From: Methanococcus maripaludis
GTDB lineage: Archaea; AGJL01; Methanococci; Methanococcales; Methanococcaceae
Reading direction: 5' to 3'
DNA: 32,000 nt
NCBI RefSeq assembly: GCF_002945325.1
Contig: NZ_CP026606.1
Span: 1,170,001-1,202,000 of the forward strand
A model generated the notes under the pieces. It was not told where the DNA came from, searched no databases, and saw only the letters and a program-made list of their open reading frames with translations. A program made the translations under genes and the position numbers. How positions within the stretch are numbered: position 1 is the first letter of the stretch; each line of letters opens with the position of its first letter. Below, piece after piece: positions 19,790 to 27,533 of this stretch.

Positions 19790-19864
19790 TAGGGCAGCGG
19801 GGATTCGAACCCCGGACCACTCGGTTATCAGCCGAGCACTCTAACCAGGCTGAGCCACTGCCCT
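19790..19864 (-). tRNA. tRNA-Ile (anticodon GAT)
   Basis: 75 nt. The acceptor stem is AGGGCAG/CTGCCCT with discriminator A. The anticodon stem is CTCGG/CCGAG and the loop is CTGATAA. The T-arm is CGGGG-TTCGAAT-CCCCG. Confidence 0.92.
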
Positions 19865-19873
19865 AATTTCCAA

Positions 19874-19916
19874 TGCTTTTCGAAGCAAAATGAAATAAGG
19901 TGTTTTCATATATAAA
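19874..19916 (-). promoter_or_regulatory. tRNA-Ile promoter: TATA box plus TTGC initiator with palindrome
   Basis: In minus sense, TTTATATA (19916-19909) is centred 26.5 nt upstream of the G of TTGC (19888-19885). The palindrome TGCTT-N4-AAGCA occupies 19874-19887. Confidence 0.6.
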
Positions 19917-20017
19917 CTTTTCTACAAGTATTACATTTGAATGTATTTCAAACCAAAAGTAATAATTACCAATTGCAGGCATATAATGTAAATGTTAAAC
20001 GATGGTAGAGGTAGATT

Positions 20018-20335
20018 ATGGCACTATTTGGTCTTAAAGATACACACACGGCACTTTTGGCATACCTATTAGGCTTTGTTTCGGGAATAATTGTATTACT
20101 CCTTGAAAAAGAAAGTAGTTTTGTAAAATTCCACGCAATGCAGTCTACAATTGCATTTGGAGCAATATTCATTTTAAATATCATTTCTGGTTATATTCCC
20201 ATTGTTGGCGGTATTTTAGGCAATCTTTTAAGTTTAATTGGATTAATAATCTGGATTGTAGGCATGATAAAAGCATACCAAGGCGAAAGATACAAATTCC
20301 CTATAATTGGAGATATTGCAGAAAAACAAATTTAA
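20018..20335 (+). CDS. Small membrane protein, DUF4870-like
   Basis: 105 aa with SD GAGGT and three hydrophobic segments. The motif LLAYLLGFVSGIIVLLLEKESSFVKFHAMQS resembles DUF4870 family proteins. Confidence 0.6.
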   Translation: MALFGLKDTHTALLAYLLGFVSGIIVLLLEKESSFVKFHAMQSTIAFGAIFILNIISGYIPIVGGILGNLLSLIGLIIWIVGMIKAYQGERYKFPIIGDIAEKQI

Positions 20336-20356
20336 TTTTTTTATTTTTTTAATTTA

Positions 20357-21178
20357 TTATAGATCAAATTCTTTTAAAGCTTCAGGCATTTTTTGAATGA
20401 TTTCATAAATTTGCGTATCGGGGCTTGGTTTTACAAGTTCTCCTAATTTTCTATTTAGTTTACATCCAAGTATTCCTGCTTTTTCTGTTTTAAATCCACA
20501 TGCAATCAATGAAGAAGTAATTCCTGTCAGGGTATCTCCAGTTCCTCCAATGCATTCCATTGCTTCAAATTTTGGATATTCAACAGTATCTACAATATTT
20601 CCTTCATTTACAATATGGTCTTTACTTCCCTTTACAACCATATTTTTTGGCATTTTTTGTGTATATGCCATTTTGATTAGTTTTGGAATTTCTTGGTCGT
20701 CAATTTCTGAAATAAATCCCCTTACATATGCAGGGTGGGATGAATTTTCATCTGCTAAAAATGCGAGCTCTCCAACATCAGGGAAAAACATGTGAAATTT
20801 ATCCCCAATTCCTGCAGCTTTTCCAGCATACATTCCACCTGCATCACCAATGACGTTTTTTGAGAAATCAACTTTAATAATTTCAGATATTTTTGGTTTT
20901 ATGTAGTGGATAATTGTCAAATCATCATTAATTTCATGCAGTTCTTCGTAAATTTTTAAACTTCCATCTCCTTCCCCAATATCTCCCGCAGTAATGAATT
21001 TTAATTCATCTTCTTTTCCAAAATATTCCAACGTTTTAAACGCCGCACCCAAAAGAGCGCAGGTTCCCATAGATATTGGAAGTTCTTTATTTTTTATTTC
21101 AAAAGTATCTTTATTTAATTTGACAGGACCTTTGATAAGTTCCATTCCTTTTATCGGTACAGCACCTGCAATAATCAT
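20357..21178 (-). CDS. Ribokinase-fold protein, YjeF-C/NnrD-like (carbohydrate kinase family), function unknown
   Basis: 273 aa with the C-terminal anion-hole motif GGTGDTLTGITSSLIACG, as in NAD(P)HX dehydratase/YjeF_C-type kinases. Its start overlaps the upstream gene stop (ATGA at 21178-21175). Confidence 0.6.
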   Translation of the reverse strand: MIIAGAVPIKGMELIKGPVKLNKDTFEIKNKELPISMGTCALLGAAFKTLEYFGKEDELKFITAGDIGEGDGSLKIYEELHEINDDLTIIHYIKPKISEIIKVDFSKNVIGDAGGMYAGKAAGIGDKFHMFFPDVGELAFLADENSSHPAYVRGFISEIDDQEIPKLIKMAYTQKMPKNMVVKGSKDHIVNEGNIVDTVEYPKFEAMECIGGTGDTLTGITSSLIACGFKTEKAGILGCKLNRKLGELVKPSPDTQIYEIIQKMPEALKEFDL

Positions 21179-21735
21179 TTTGTACCCTCTAATGCAATTG
21201 TTTTCGCTTTTTCAAAAGCTTTATTGAGTGTGTATGCACACAGCGTGTATCCTAAATTTTTTGGAGTATCTTCTTCAGGTATTTTTAGAATATTCTTCCC
21301 TTTTAGTTTTAAATTTAGGTAAGGAACATCTGGACAGCCCCCTCCAGACACGTTTACAATTTTTCCAACTTTATCAATTGTAATTTTCATGTTTCCGGAT
21401 CTTACAAGAGTAAATCCATCAATTTCTTTTACTTTCACAAGATTCAGAGGTTCCATCGAAGCGTCATCTAATGATATGAATTTAACTGCATTTAAGTTAT
21501 TTTTTTCAAGTTCCCGTTTAATTCCCATTTCTTCTACAAGGTCATATTCAACTGCTAAATCACAACCTTCCCTTACTTCCTGAGGCGGAGCTACAACTTT
21601 TACAGAATAATTTTTTAAAATTCTTTCTGCAGATATGGCCTCTTTTACATTTTTAAATAATATTAATCCATTTCCCTTTTTTTCTTCTTTTTTGGGATTT
21701 AGAATTGTGTTTAATTTATTGAAAATCGAAGACAT
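21175..21735 (-). CDS. DUF3343 (putative Se/S carrier-like) domain protein with a C-terminal TusA/YedF-like CPxxP segment
   Basis: I placed the start at ATG 21735 with SD GGTGG 6 nt upstream; the track's start is TTG 21747. The N-terminal half (LILFKNVKEAISAERILKN...REGCDLAVEYD) looks like DUF3343. The C-terminal half carries VSGGGCPDVPYLNLKLKG, which resembles the TusA/SirA CPxP loop. Confidence 0.55.
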   Translation of the reverse strand: MSSIFNKLNTILNPKKEEKKGNGLILFKNVKEAISAERILKNYSVKVVAPPQEVREGCDLAVEYDLVEEMGIKRELEKNNLNAVKFISLDDASMEPLNLVKVKEIDGFTLVRSGNMKITIDKVGKIVNVSGGGCPDVPYLNLKLKGKNILKIPEEDTPKNLGYTLCAYTLNKAFEKAKTIALEGTK

Positions 21736-21796
21736 GAATGCCACCAAGTTGAGCTAATTTTTCAAAAAAATAGTAGAAATTAATTATATTTAGTGA

Positions 21797-22270
21797 TTAT
21801 GCTAAAATTGACAGAACAAATGGAGCTACCCACATGTGGAATACTACTGCACCAACTGCTAAACCAAGTACGTATGCCATAGCAGTTTGGTTTCCTTCTC
21901 CTGCCATCACGTAGTTTCTAAATGGACATCCACCTTGAATAATTGAGAGGAATCCAACTCCAAAACCACCAATGATTGTAACTATGAAGTGTGCACCAAA
22001 GCCTAAGCTTCCTGCAGCATCTCCGGGAATTGCTGTGAGTCCTTTTGTTGCAATCCATGGGAATAATGGAAGCATTCCAATAACATTGAATATAACTGCA
22101 CCAAGTATGGCTCCTCCGACAAATCCGAGTAAACCTTTAACTAACCATGTATCTTTCATGAGGTAGTAATCCCTGATACCTCCACAAAAGCACATTGATG
22201 ATCTCTGTCCTAAGTATCCTAAAAGAATACCAAATGCCAAAGTGGCAATTGCAGGTACGTAACTCATCAT
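21797..22270 (-). CDS. YeeE/YedE-family sulfur/selenium transport protein, C-terminal-half homolog
   Basis: 157-aa polytopic membrane protein with Cys motifs SMCFCGGIRD and GGCPFRNY, typical of one repeat of YeeE/YedE. Confidence 0.78.
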   Translation of the reverse strand: MMSYVPAIATLAFGILLGYLGQRSSMCFCGGIRDYYLMKDTWLVKGLLGFVGGAILGAVIFNVIGMLPLFPWIATKGLTAIPGDAAGSLGFGAHFIVTIIGGFGVGFLSIIQGGCPFRNYVMAGEGNQTAMAYVLGLAVGAVVFHMWVAPFVLSILA

Positions 22271-22289
22271 TTCACCTTTTTTTCCTTAA

Positions 22290-22745
22290 TTATGCCTTTT
22301 TTAGATATACTTCAGTAGAAACGATTACTCCGGCAGCAATACCTAAAATACCGAGTAAACCAAATAAATCTCCGTAAGCGGTTCTTAAACCCATTCTAAC
22401 TGGGCAACCACCCATTAAAAGTGCAAAGTTGAGTACTAAAAATCCAAGTATGAATCCAGTAACTAAACCATGGGTTTTTCTAATTTTGAAATCTTTGTGA
22501 ACAATTGCACCAATTAGTGCACCGATTAATAAACCAACAACAGTTAACAAAGGAATTAATTTTGATACTGGAGCCATTCCTAATGTGGTTCCAGCAACGC
22601 TATTTACGATCCAGTTCACAAGGTCTCTCGTGTGGCATGCAACACAGAGTCCGTATGCTGGAGGCGGACTTACTTTAAAGATAACTTCCAAGAGTATTGC
22701 GGAAAAACCTGCGATAAGGCCAGTCTGCAATGGTGAAACTTTCAT
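22290..22745 (-). CDS. YeeE/YedE-family sulfur/selenium transport protein, N-terminal-half homolog
   Basis: 151-aa polytopic membrane protein with Cys motifs LCVACHTRD and GGCPVRMG. SD GGGGTGA lies upstream. It sits 19 nt upstream of the second half. Confidence 0.78.
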   Translation of the reverse strand: MKVSPLQTGLIAGFSAILLEVIFKVSPPPAYGLCVACHTRDLVNWIVNSVAGTTLGMAPVSKLIPLLTVVGLLIGALIGAIVHKDFKIRKTHGLVTGFILGFLVLNFALLMGGCPVRMGLRTAYGDLFGLLGILGIAAGVIVSTEVYLKKA

Positions 22746-22952
22746 TTAGTCACCCCTATTTCTTTAATATAGTGTTTTATATTAGATATTTTGATATGCA
22801 TTTAGTCAAAACATAATTTTTTCTGGATAATAACGTATTTATAACTATTTATTAAGTAATCTAATAATATTTAGTTAAATTAACAAAAGTATATGGGTTT
22901 AAATATGAATATATTGTTAGATTATTAAGGACATAATTAATGAGGGGTTAAA

Positions 22953-23564
22953 TTGTCGTCTTTAATATTAAATGATAAAAAAATAACATTTCTGTGTATA
23001 TTTTGCGTGGTTTTAGGAATTCCCTTTTTATCAACGTTTAAACTTGTTCCTGAAGAAAAACATATTTCTGATTTAAATGAAGGTGATTATGTAAAAATAA
23101 CTGCTAGAATACAGAAATTGGATGTACAAAAAAATGAATATCTCGAAGTTACTGGCATAAAATCTATTAAATTAATGGATGAAACCGCAGGCGATCTTTT
23201 AGTATATTTTCCAGGGGATAAATCGGATGAATTTTTAAAAATTATTCTAAAAACAACTCCGCGAATAAAAGAAGGAGATATTGTATCAGTTAGCGGAAAA
23301 ATTCAAATTTACAACGGGCGTTATGAAATAGTTTTAAACGATCCAAATGATTTTGAATTAATCAAAAAAGTGAATTTTGAACGGGATATCTTTCTTTCAA
23401 AATACAAAACAAATTATTATGCATCCAAAAACAGTAATGTGTACCACACTTTTGAAGATTGTCCGTACGGGGAGAAAATAAGCGAAAAAATTTATTTTAA
23501 AATTGAAGATGATGCGAAAATTTTAGAGTATGAAAAATGCAGTTACTGTGAAGAAAGGGATTAA
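22953..23564 (+). CDS. Membrane-anchored OB-fold protein with C-terminal Cys-rich zinc-ribbon-like tail
   Basis: 203 aa from a TTG start after SD GAGGGG, with an N-terminal TM helix (ITFLCIFCVVLGIPFLSTF). The central OB-fold-like segment is GDYVKITARIQKL...GDIVSVSGKIQIYNGRYEIVLNDPNDFELI. The tail is YHTFEDCPYG...CSYCEE. Confidence 0.55.
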   Translation: MSSLILNDKKITFLCIFCVVLGIPFLSTFKLVPEEKHISDLNEGDYVKITARIQKLDVQKNEYLEVTGIKSIKLMDETAGDLLVYFPGDKSDEFLKIILKTTPRIKEGDIVSVSGKIQIYNGRYEIVLNDPNDFELIKKVNFERDIFLSKYKTNYYASKNSNVYHTFEDCPYGEKISEKIYFKIEDDAKILEYEKCSYCEERD

Positions 23565-24761
23565 ATGATTAATAATTTATTCTTTTTAATTTTTGGAACA
23601 TTTACTGGCACAATTACAGGATTAATCCCTGGAATTCATCCAAATACGCTTATTCCCATTTCTATAATTTTATATCCTTATTTTGGAAGCAGTAATTATT
23701 TTAGTTTTTTAATCGGGCTTTTAATTTCACACTATTTTTTAAATTACATTCCTTCCGCATTTATCGGGGTTCCTGACGACGAATCTGCAGTAGCAGCGGT
23801 TCCAATGCACAATTTAACGATTTTGGGAAGGGGCTACGAAGCAGTAGTTCTGGCAGGTTTTGGAGCATTTTTTGGAATAATCTGTTCAATATTCCTATTT
23901 TTGATAATTTCCAGAATAAATATTGATTTTCAAAGTTTTTATTCATATTTAAAACCATTTCTTCCATATATTTTGATGTTATTTCTTTTAATTTCAGTTA
24001 TTTTTTCAAAAAATCGGGTCTGGACTACTTTAATAATTTTATTTTCAGGAATTTTGGGAATTATTGTATTTTATAAAAATCCCAGTTTTGATTATTCTTT
24101 AACCGTGATATTTACAGGAATGTTTGGAATTCCGCTTTTATTTGAAAATTTAACTAAAAAAGAACTCAAAAGCCAGTTTATCAGTTTTCCTGAACTAAAA
24201 TTGTCGTATCTAAAATCTGCAGTTTTTGGAACTTTTGGCGGATTTTTAAGGATATTTATTCCGGCAACCGGTGGCGCACAGATTAATTATTTTTTAAGTA
24301 AATTGATAAAAGAAGAAAATATCGAAAATTTTATAATTTCACAAGGTTCAATAACTCTTTCAAACGAGCTTTTTTCCATTTTGGCACTCATGATGATTGG
24401 AACTGGAAGAAGCGGAATTTCAGAAGCTATAAGAACTTTAAAAATAGAATACACTCAGTCAGAACTTTTTTCAAGCGTACTTATTGCAACAGGTATTTCT
24501 TTTCTGAGTTTAACCGTGATTTCAAAATATTTCTTACAAAACATTAATAAATTTGATTACGGGCTAATTTCAAAAGTTTTGATAGTTTTTTGCACGATTT
24601 TAGTTTTAATTCTTTCTTTTAAAGCTTATTTGATTTATCACGTTGTAATATATTTAATATCAATCTCAATCGGAGTTTTATGTGTTAAAAACAGGGTAAA
24701 TCTATCAAACATGATGGGTGTATTAATATTCCCAACAATTCTTTATTTTTTAAAAATTTAA
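23565..24761 (+). CDS. TctA-family (DUF112) permease
   Basis: 398-aa protein with about 10-12 TM segments and the N-terminal GTFTGTITGLIPGIHP motif typical of TctA/DUF112. Its ATG directly abuts the upstream stop (TAAATG). Confidence 0.72.
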   Translation: MINNLFFLIFGTFTGTITGLIPGIHPNTLIPISIILYPYFGSSNYFSFLIGLLISHYFLNYIPSAFIGVPDDESAVAAVPMHNLTILGRGYEAVVLAGFGAFFGIICSIFLFLIISRINIDFQSFYSYLKPFLPYILMLFLLISVIFSKNRVWTTLIILFSGILGIIVFYKNPSFDYSLTVIFTGMFGIPLLFENLTKKELKSQFISFPELKLSYLKSAVFGTFGGFLRIFIPATGGAQINYFLSKLIKEENIENFIISQGSITLSNELFSILALMMIGTGRSGISEAIRTLKIEYTQSELFSSVLIATGISFLSLTVISKYFLQNINKFDYGLISKVLIVFCTILVLILSFKAYLIYHVVIYLISISIGVLCVKNRVNLSNMMGVLIFPTILYFLKI

Positions 24762-24768
24762 AAAAGAG

Positions 24769-25314
24769 TTATTCAATAAGATAGAAGTAATCTTCAAGCC
24801 AGCTTACATTTCCATATTCTGGATTTTTTGAGTCTAAAAACATTAATATTTCATTTACTATATTTTCTGGACCTTTTTCACTGCAGTCTATTTCAAAAAT
24901 CTTTGATTCGTCGTTTTTTTCAATAGATTCTATTAAGCAGACATCTAAAAGTTCTGCTTCAACATTTTCCTTTACTTTTTTTGGAAGATATTTTCGAGAT
25001 TCCAGCCGGTTTTTAATTAACAATGGATTTGCTCGAAGTACAACAATGTAATCAGGATTTAAATAGTGGCTGACGTGCCCATCCAGTATTATATCTTCTG
25101 TTTTAATTGAACGGATATATTCATTTAATTTATCGAAATCAACAACATAAGAATCCATTTCAACATCTTTTTCCAGATAAAATCCTTCTTTCGAAACTAT
25201 TTCAGTAATGTTTATGCAAGCGATATCTTTACCCTTTAATTGTAATTTTTCAAAGAGGAGTTTTGATACAGTAGACTTTCCAACTCCGGGAGTTCCCGTG
25301 ATTGCTATTATTAT
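24769..25314 (-). CDS. Fap7/AK6-type nucleoside kinase (putative adenylate kinase, ribosome biogenesis)
   Basis: The track ORF (24769-25158) lacks the P-loop. The same frame stays open upstream to a TGA at 25332-25330 and encodes (I)IIIAITGTPGVGKSTVSKLL. There is no ATG, GTG or TTG in that stretch, so I infer an ATA (25314) or ATT (25317) start after SD AGGTGA (25324-25319). The exact 5' end is uncertain. Confidence 0.75.
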   Translation of the reverse strand: MIIAITGTPGVGKSTVSKLLFEKLQLKGKDIACINITEIVSKEGFYLEKDVEMDSYVVDFDKLNEYIRSIKTEDIILDGHVSHYLNPDYIVVLRANPLLIKNRLESRKYLPKKVKENVEAELLDVCLIESIEKNDESKIFEIDCSEKGPENIVNEILMFLDSKNPEYGNVSWLEDYFYLIE

Positions 25315-25322
25315 AATTTCAC

Positions 25323-25775
25323 CTATTCTTCAACTTCGTGAACAGGTTCTTCTGAAACGTATTTATCCATTTCAACGTCTGATTTTATTGCAAGAATCGT
25401 GTTTTCTCCAACTCTTCCAAGGCTGTAATCGAGTGTTTCGAGGTATTTTTTAAAATCGTTAAATTCTTTTATAATTGCTTCTATTGGCACTTCTTCAAGG
25501 TTAATCAATATAACATCGTGTTCTACTATATTTTTAATGTATTCAAAGTCTTGTGGCGATTTAATTCTTGTGGTAAGGACTCTTGGATAGATTTTATGTT
25601 TTATAACTTGCACTTTGTTTTCAGAAGTATCTTCCTGTATTGGGATTTTTTCAGACTCTTTGATTTCGTATGCTGAATATTCTTGGCCTATTACAACATA
25701 TTCTTCGTCTTGTACTGGAACCTGGGTTGGCAACTCTTTATTTCCCACAAATATTCTTTTTATTTTTTTAAACAT
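25323..25775 (-). CDS. sepF: Cell division protein SepF (archaeal FtsZ membrane anchor)
   Basis: 150 aa with an N-terminal amphipathic MFKKIKRIF and a C-terminal DUF552-like core (PRVLTTRIKSPQDFEYIKNIVEHDVILINLEEVP...LGRVGENTILAI). SD GGAGG lies upstream. Confidence 0.8.
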   Translation of the reverse strand: MFKKIKRIFVGNKELPTQVPVQDEEYVVIGQEYSAYEIKESEKIPIQEDTSENKVQVIKHKIYPRVLTTRIKSPQDFEYIKNIVEHDVILINLEEVPIEAIIKEFNDFKKYLETLDYSLGRVGENTILAIKSDVEMDKYVSEEPVHEVEE

Positions 25776-26141
25776 GATATTCCTCCGCCGTGGCTCATGT
25801 GCCTGAATACATGGATTTATAATACATTTATATAATGAAGTTATTTATCTTTTTTGATTAAATTTTTCTGTTTTATTAATTTTAAATAATATATGTCCAA
25901 TAAAGTGATTAAAAAGTACATAATAATTCAAAATACGGTTTAAATGGCACTTTTGAATAATTGAGATAATAAATCAAGTTTAAACAATGGGTTTTGAAAA
26001 GCAGGTATTAATTTATAAATACTATTTCAAGTAATTCTTTTACCAATAATATTAAAATAATGTTTTATTATACGTACCAATTTAATATTGATGTTACAAA
26101 GAACGAATTTAACCAAATCGCGAAAAAACGGAGGAATAATA

Positions 26142-27386
26142 ATGTTTTTAACTCTTGACGACTTTGAATTGGAAGGAAAAACGGTTGCATTGAGAGTTGA
26201 CATTAATAGCCCTATTGATGTTAATACTGGAGATATTTTAGATGATACAAGGATTAAGGCATGTAGTGATACGATAAAAAGTCTTTCAGAAAAGGGAGCA
26301 AAGGTAGTTATTTTAGCACACCAGAGCAGACCTGGAAAAAAAGATTTCACGACCCTCGAAGCTCACGCGAAAAAACTATCCGAAGTATTAAATATGGAAG
26401 TTACACACGTAGATGGATTAATCTGCGCGTCTGCACGTGAAGCAATTCTTGCAATGGATAATGGAGAAATAATACTTCTTGAAAACGTAAGGCTTCTTGC
26501 AGAAGAAGTTTTATCTGATTGGAAGTCTTGGGAAGAAATTACTCCAGAAAAACAGGCTAAAACAGTTATGATTAAGAAATTACATCCTTTTTTCGATTAT
26601 TTTGTTAACGATGCATTTGCAGCAGCTCACAGGGCTCAACCTTCTCTTGTTGGATTTTCTTACTATGTTCCAATGTTATGTGGAAGGGTTATGGAAAAAG
26701 AATTATTTACACTTACGAAAGTTCTTAAAAACCCTGAAAGACCTTGTGTATTTGCGCTTGGTGGTGCAAAAGCTGACGACAGCATCGAAGTATTAAAAAA
26801 TGTGCTTGAGAAACAGACTGCAGATCAGGTTTTAACAAGTGGAGTAGTTGCAAATATCTTTTTAGTTGCAAAAGGTTACAAAATCGGCCCAAACGAAAAT
26901 GTAATTGCAGATATGGGTTATACCAACCAGATAGAAATTGCAAAAGAGTTAATTTCAAAATATGGGGATAAAATTGTGGTTCCAATCGATGCAGCATTAA
27001 ATGTCGATGGTGAACGGGTTGAAAAAGAACTCGACTTAAACGAAGAAATAACTTACCCTATTCACGACATGGGCGAAAAAACCATGAAACTATACGAAGA
27101 AATTTTAAAAGATGCAAAAACGGTTGTTGCAAACGGACCTGCTGGAGTTTTCGAAAATAAAAATTTCTTAAAAGGAACAGAAGAACTTTTAAAAAGCACT
27201 GCAAATTCAAAAGGCTTTTCGGTTATCGGTGGAGGACACCTCTCAGCAGCTGCCGAAGTTGTAGGGTTAGCAGGAAAAATGGACCACATCAGCACTGGTG
27301 GCGGTGCATGTATCGAATTTTTAGCTGGTAAAAAACTCCCTGTAATTGAAATGCTGTCAAAATCTTACGAAAAACATAAACTTTAA
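26142..27386 (+). CDS. pgk: Phosphoglycerate kinase
   Basis: I moved the start to ATG 26142 ([24 protein letters not shown]...), 6 nt after SD GGAGGA, giving 414 aa. It has typical PGK motifs (RVDINSP, AHRA, GGGH, STGGGA). Confidence 0.97.
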   Translation: MFLTLDDFELEGKTVALRVDINSPIDVNTGDILDDTRIKACSDTIKSLSEKGAKVVILAHQSRPGKKDFTTLEAHAKKLSEVLNMEVTHVDGLICASAREAILAMDNGEIILLENVRLLAEEVLSDWKSWEEITPEKQAKTVMIKKLHPFFDYFVNDAFAAAHRAQPSLVGFSYYVPMLCGRVMEKELFTLTKVLKNPERPCVFALGGAKADDSIEVLKNVLEKQTADQVLTSGVVANIFLVAKGYKIGPNENVIADMGYTNQIEIAKELISKYGDKIVVPIDAALNVDGERVEKELDLNEEITYPIHDMGEKTMKLYEEILKDAKTVVANGPAGVFENKNFLKGTEELLKSTANSKGFSVIGGGHLSAAAEVVGLAGKMDHISTGGGACIEFLAGKKLPVIEMLSKSYEKHKL

Positions 27387-27533
27387 CTTCAAAATAAAAG
27401 TCGTAATGAATCGGGTTTGTTTTTTAAAATTCGGTTCAAATCAATATTTATGGAAAGTTATATATAAGAATCAACTTACTATTTTATTATTAAAATAGTT
27501 TTTTCGGACATTATAGAACAGATAGGCGATTTT

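Noticed and set aside
26027-26350. A 107-aa minus-strand ORF spanning the pgk start region, together with the track's upstream start for pgk at 26088.
   Set aside because: It is antisense to the conserved PGK N-terminus and has no SD or motif. For pgk itself, ATG 26142 follows a GGAGGA SD and gives the canonical MFLTLDDF... N-terminus, whereas the 18 extra residues from 26088 have no counterpart in PGKs.
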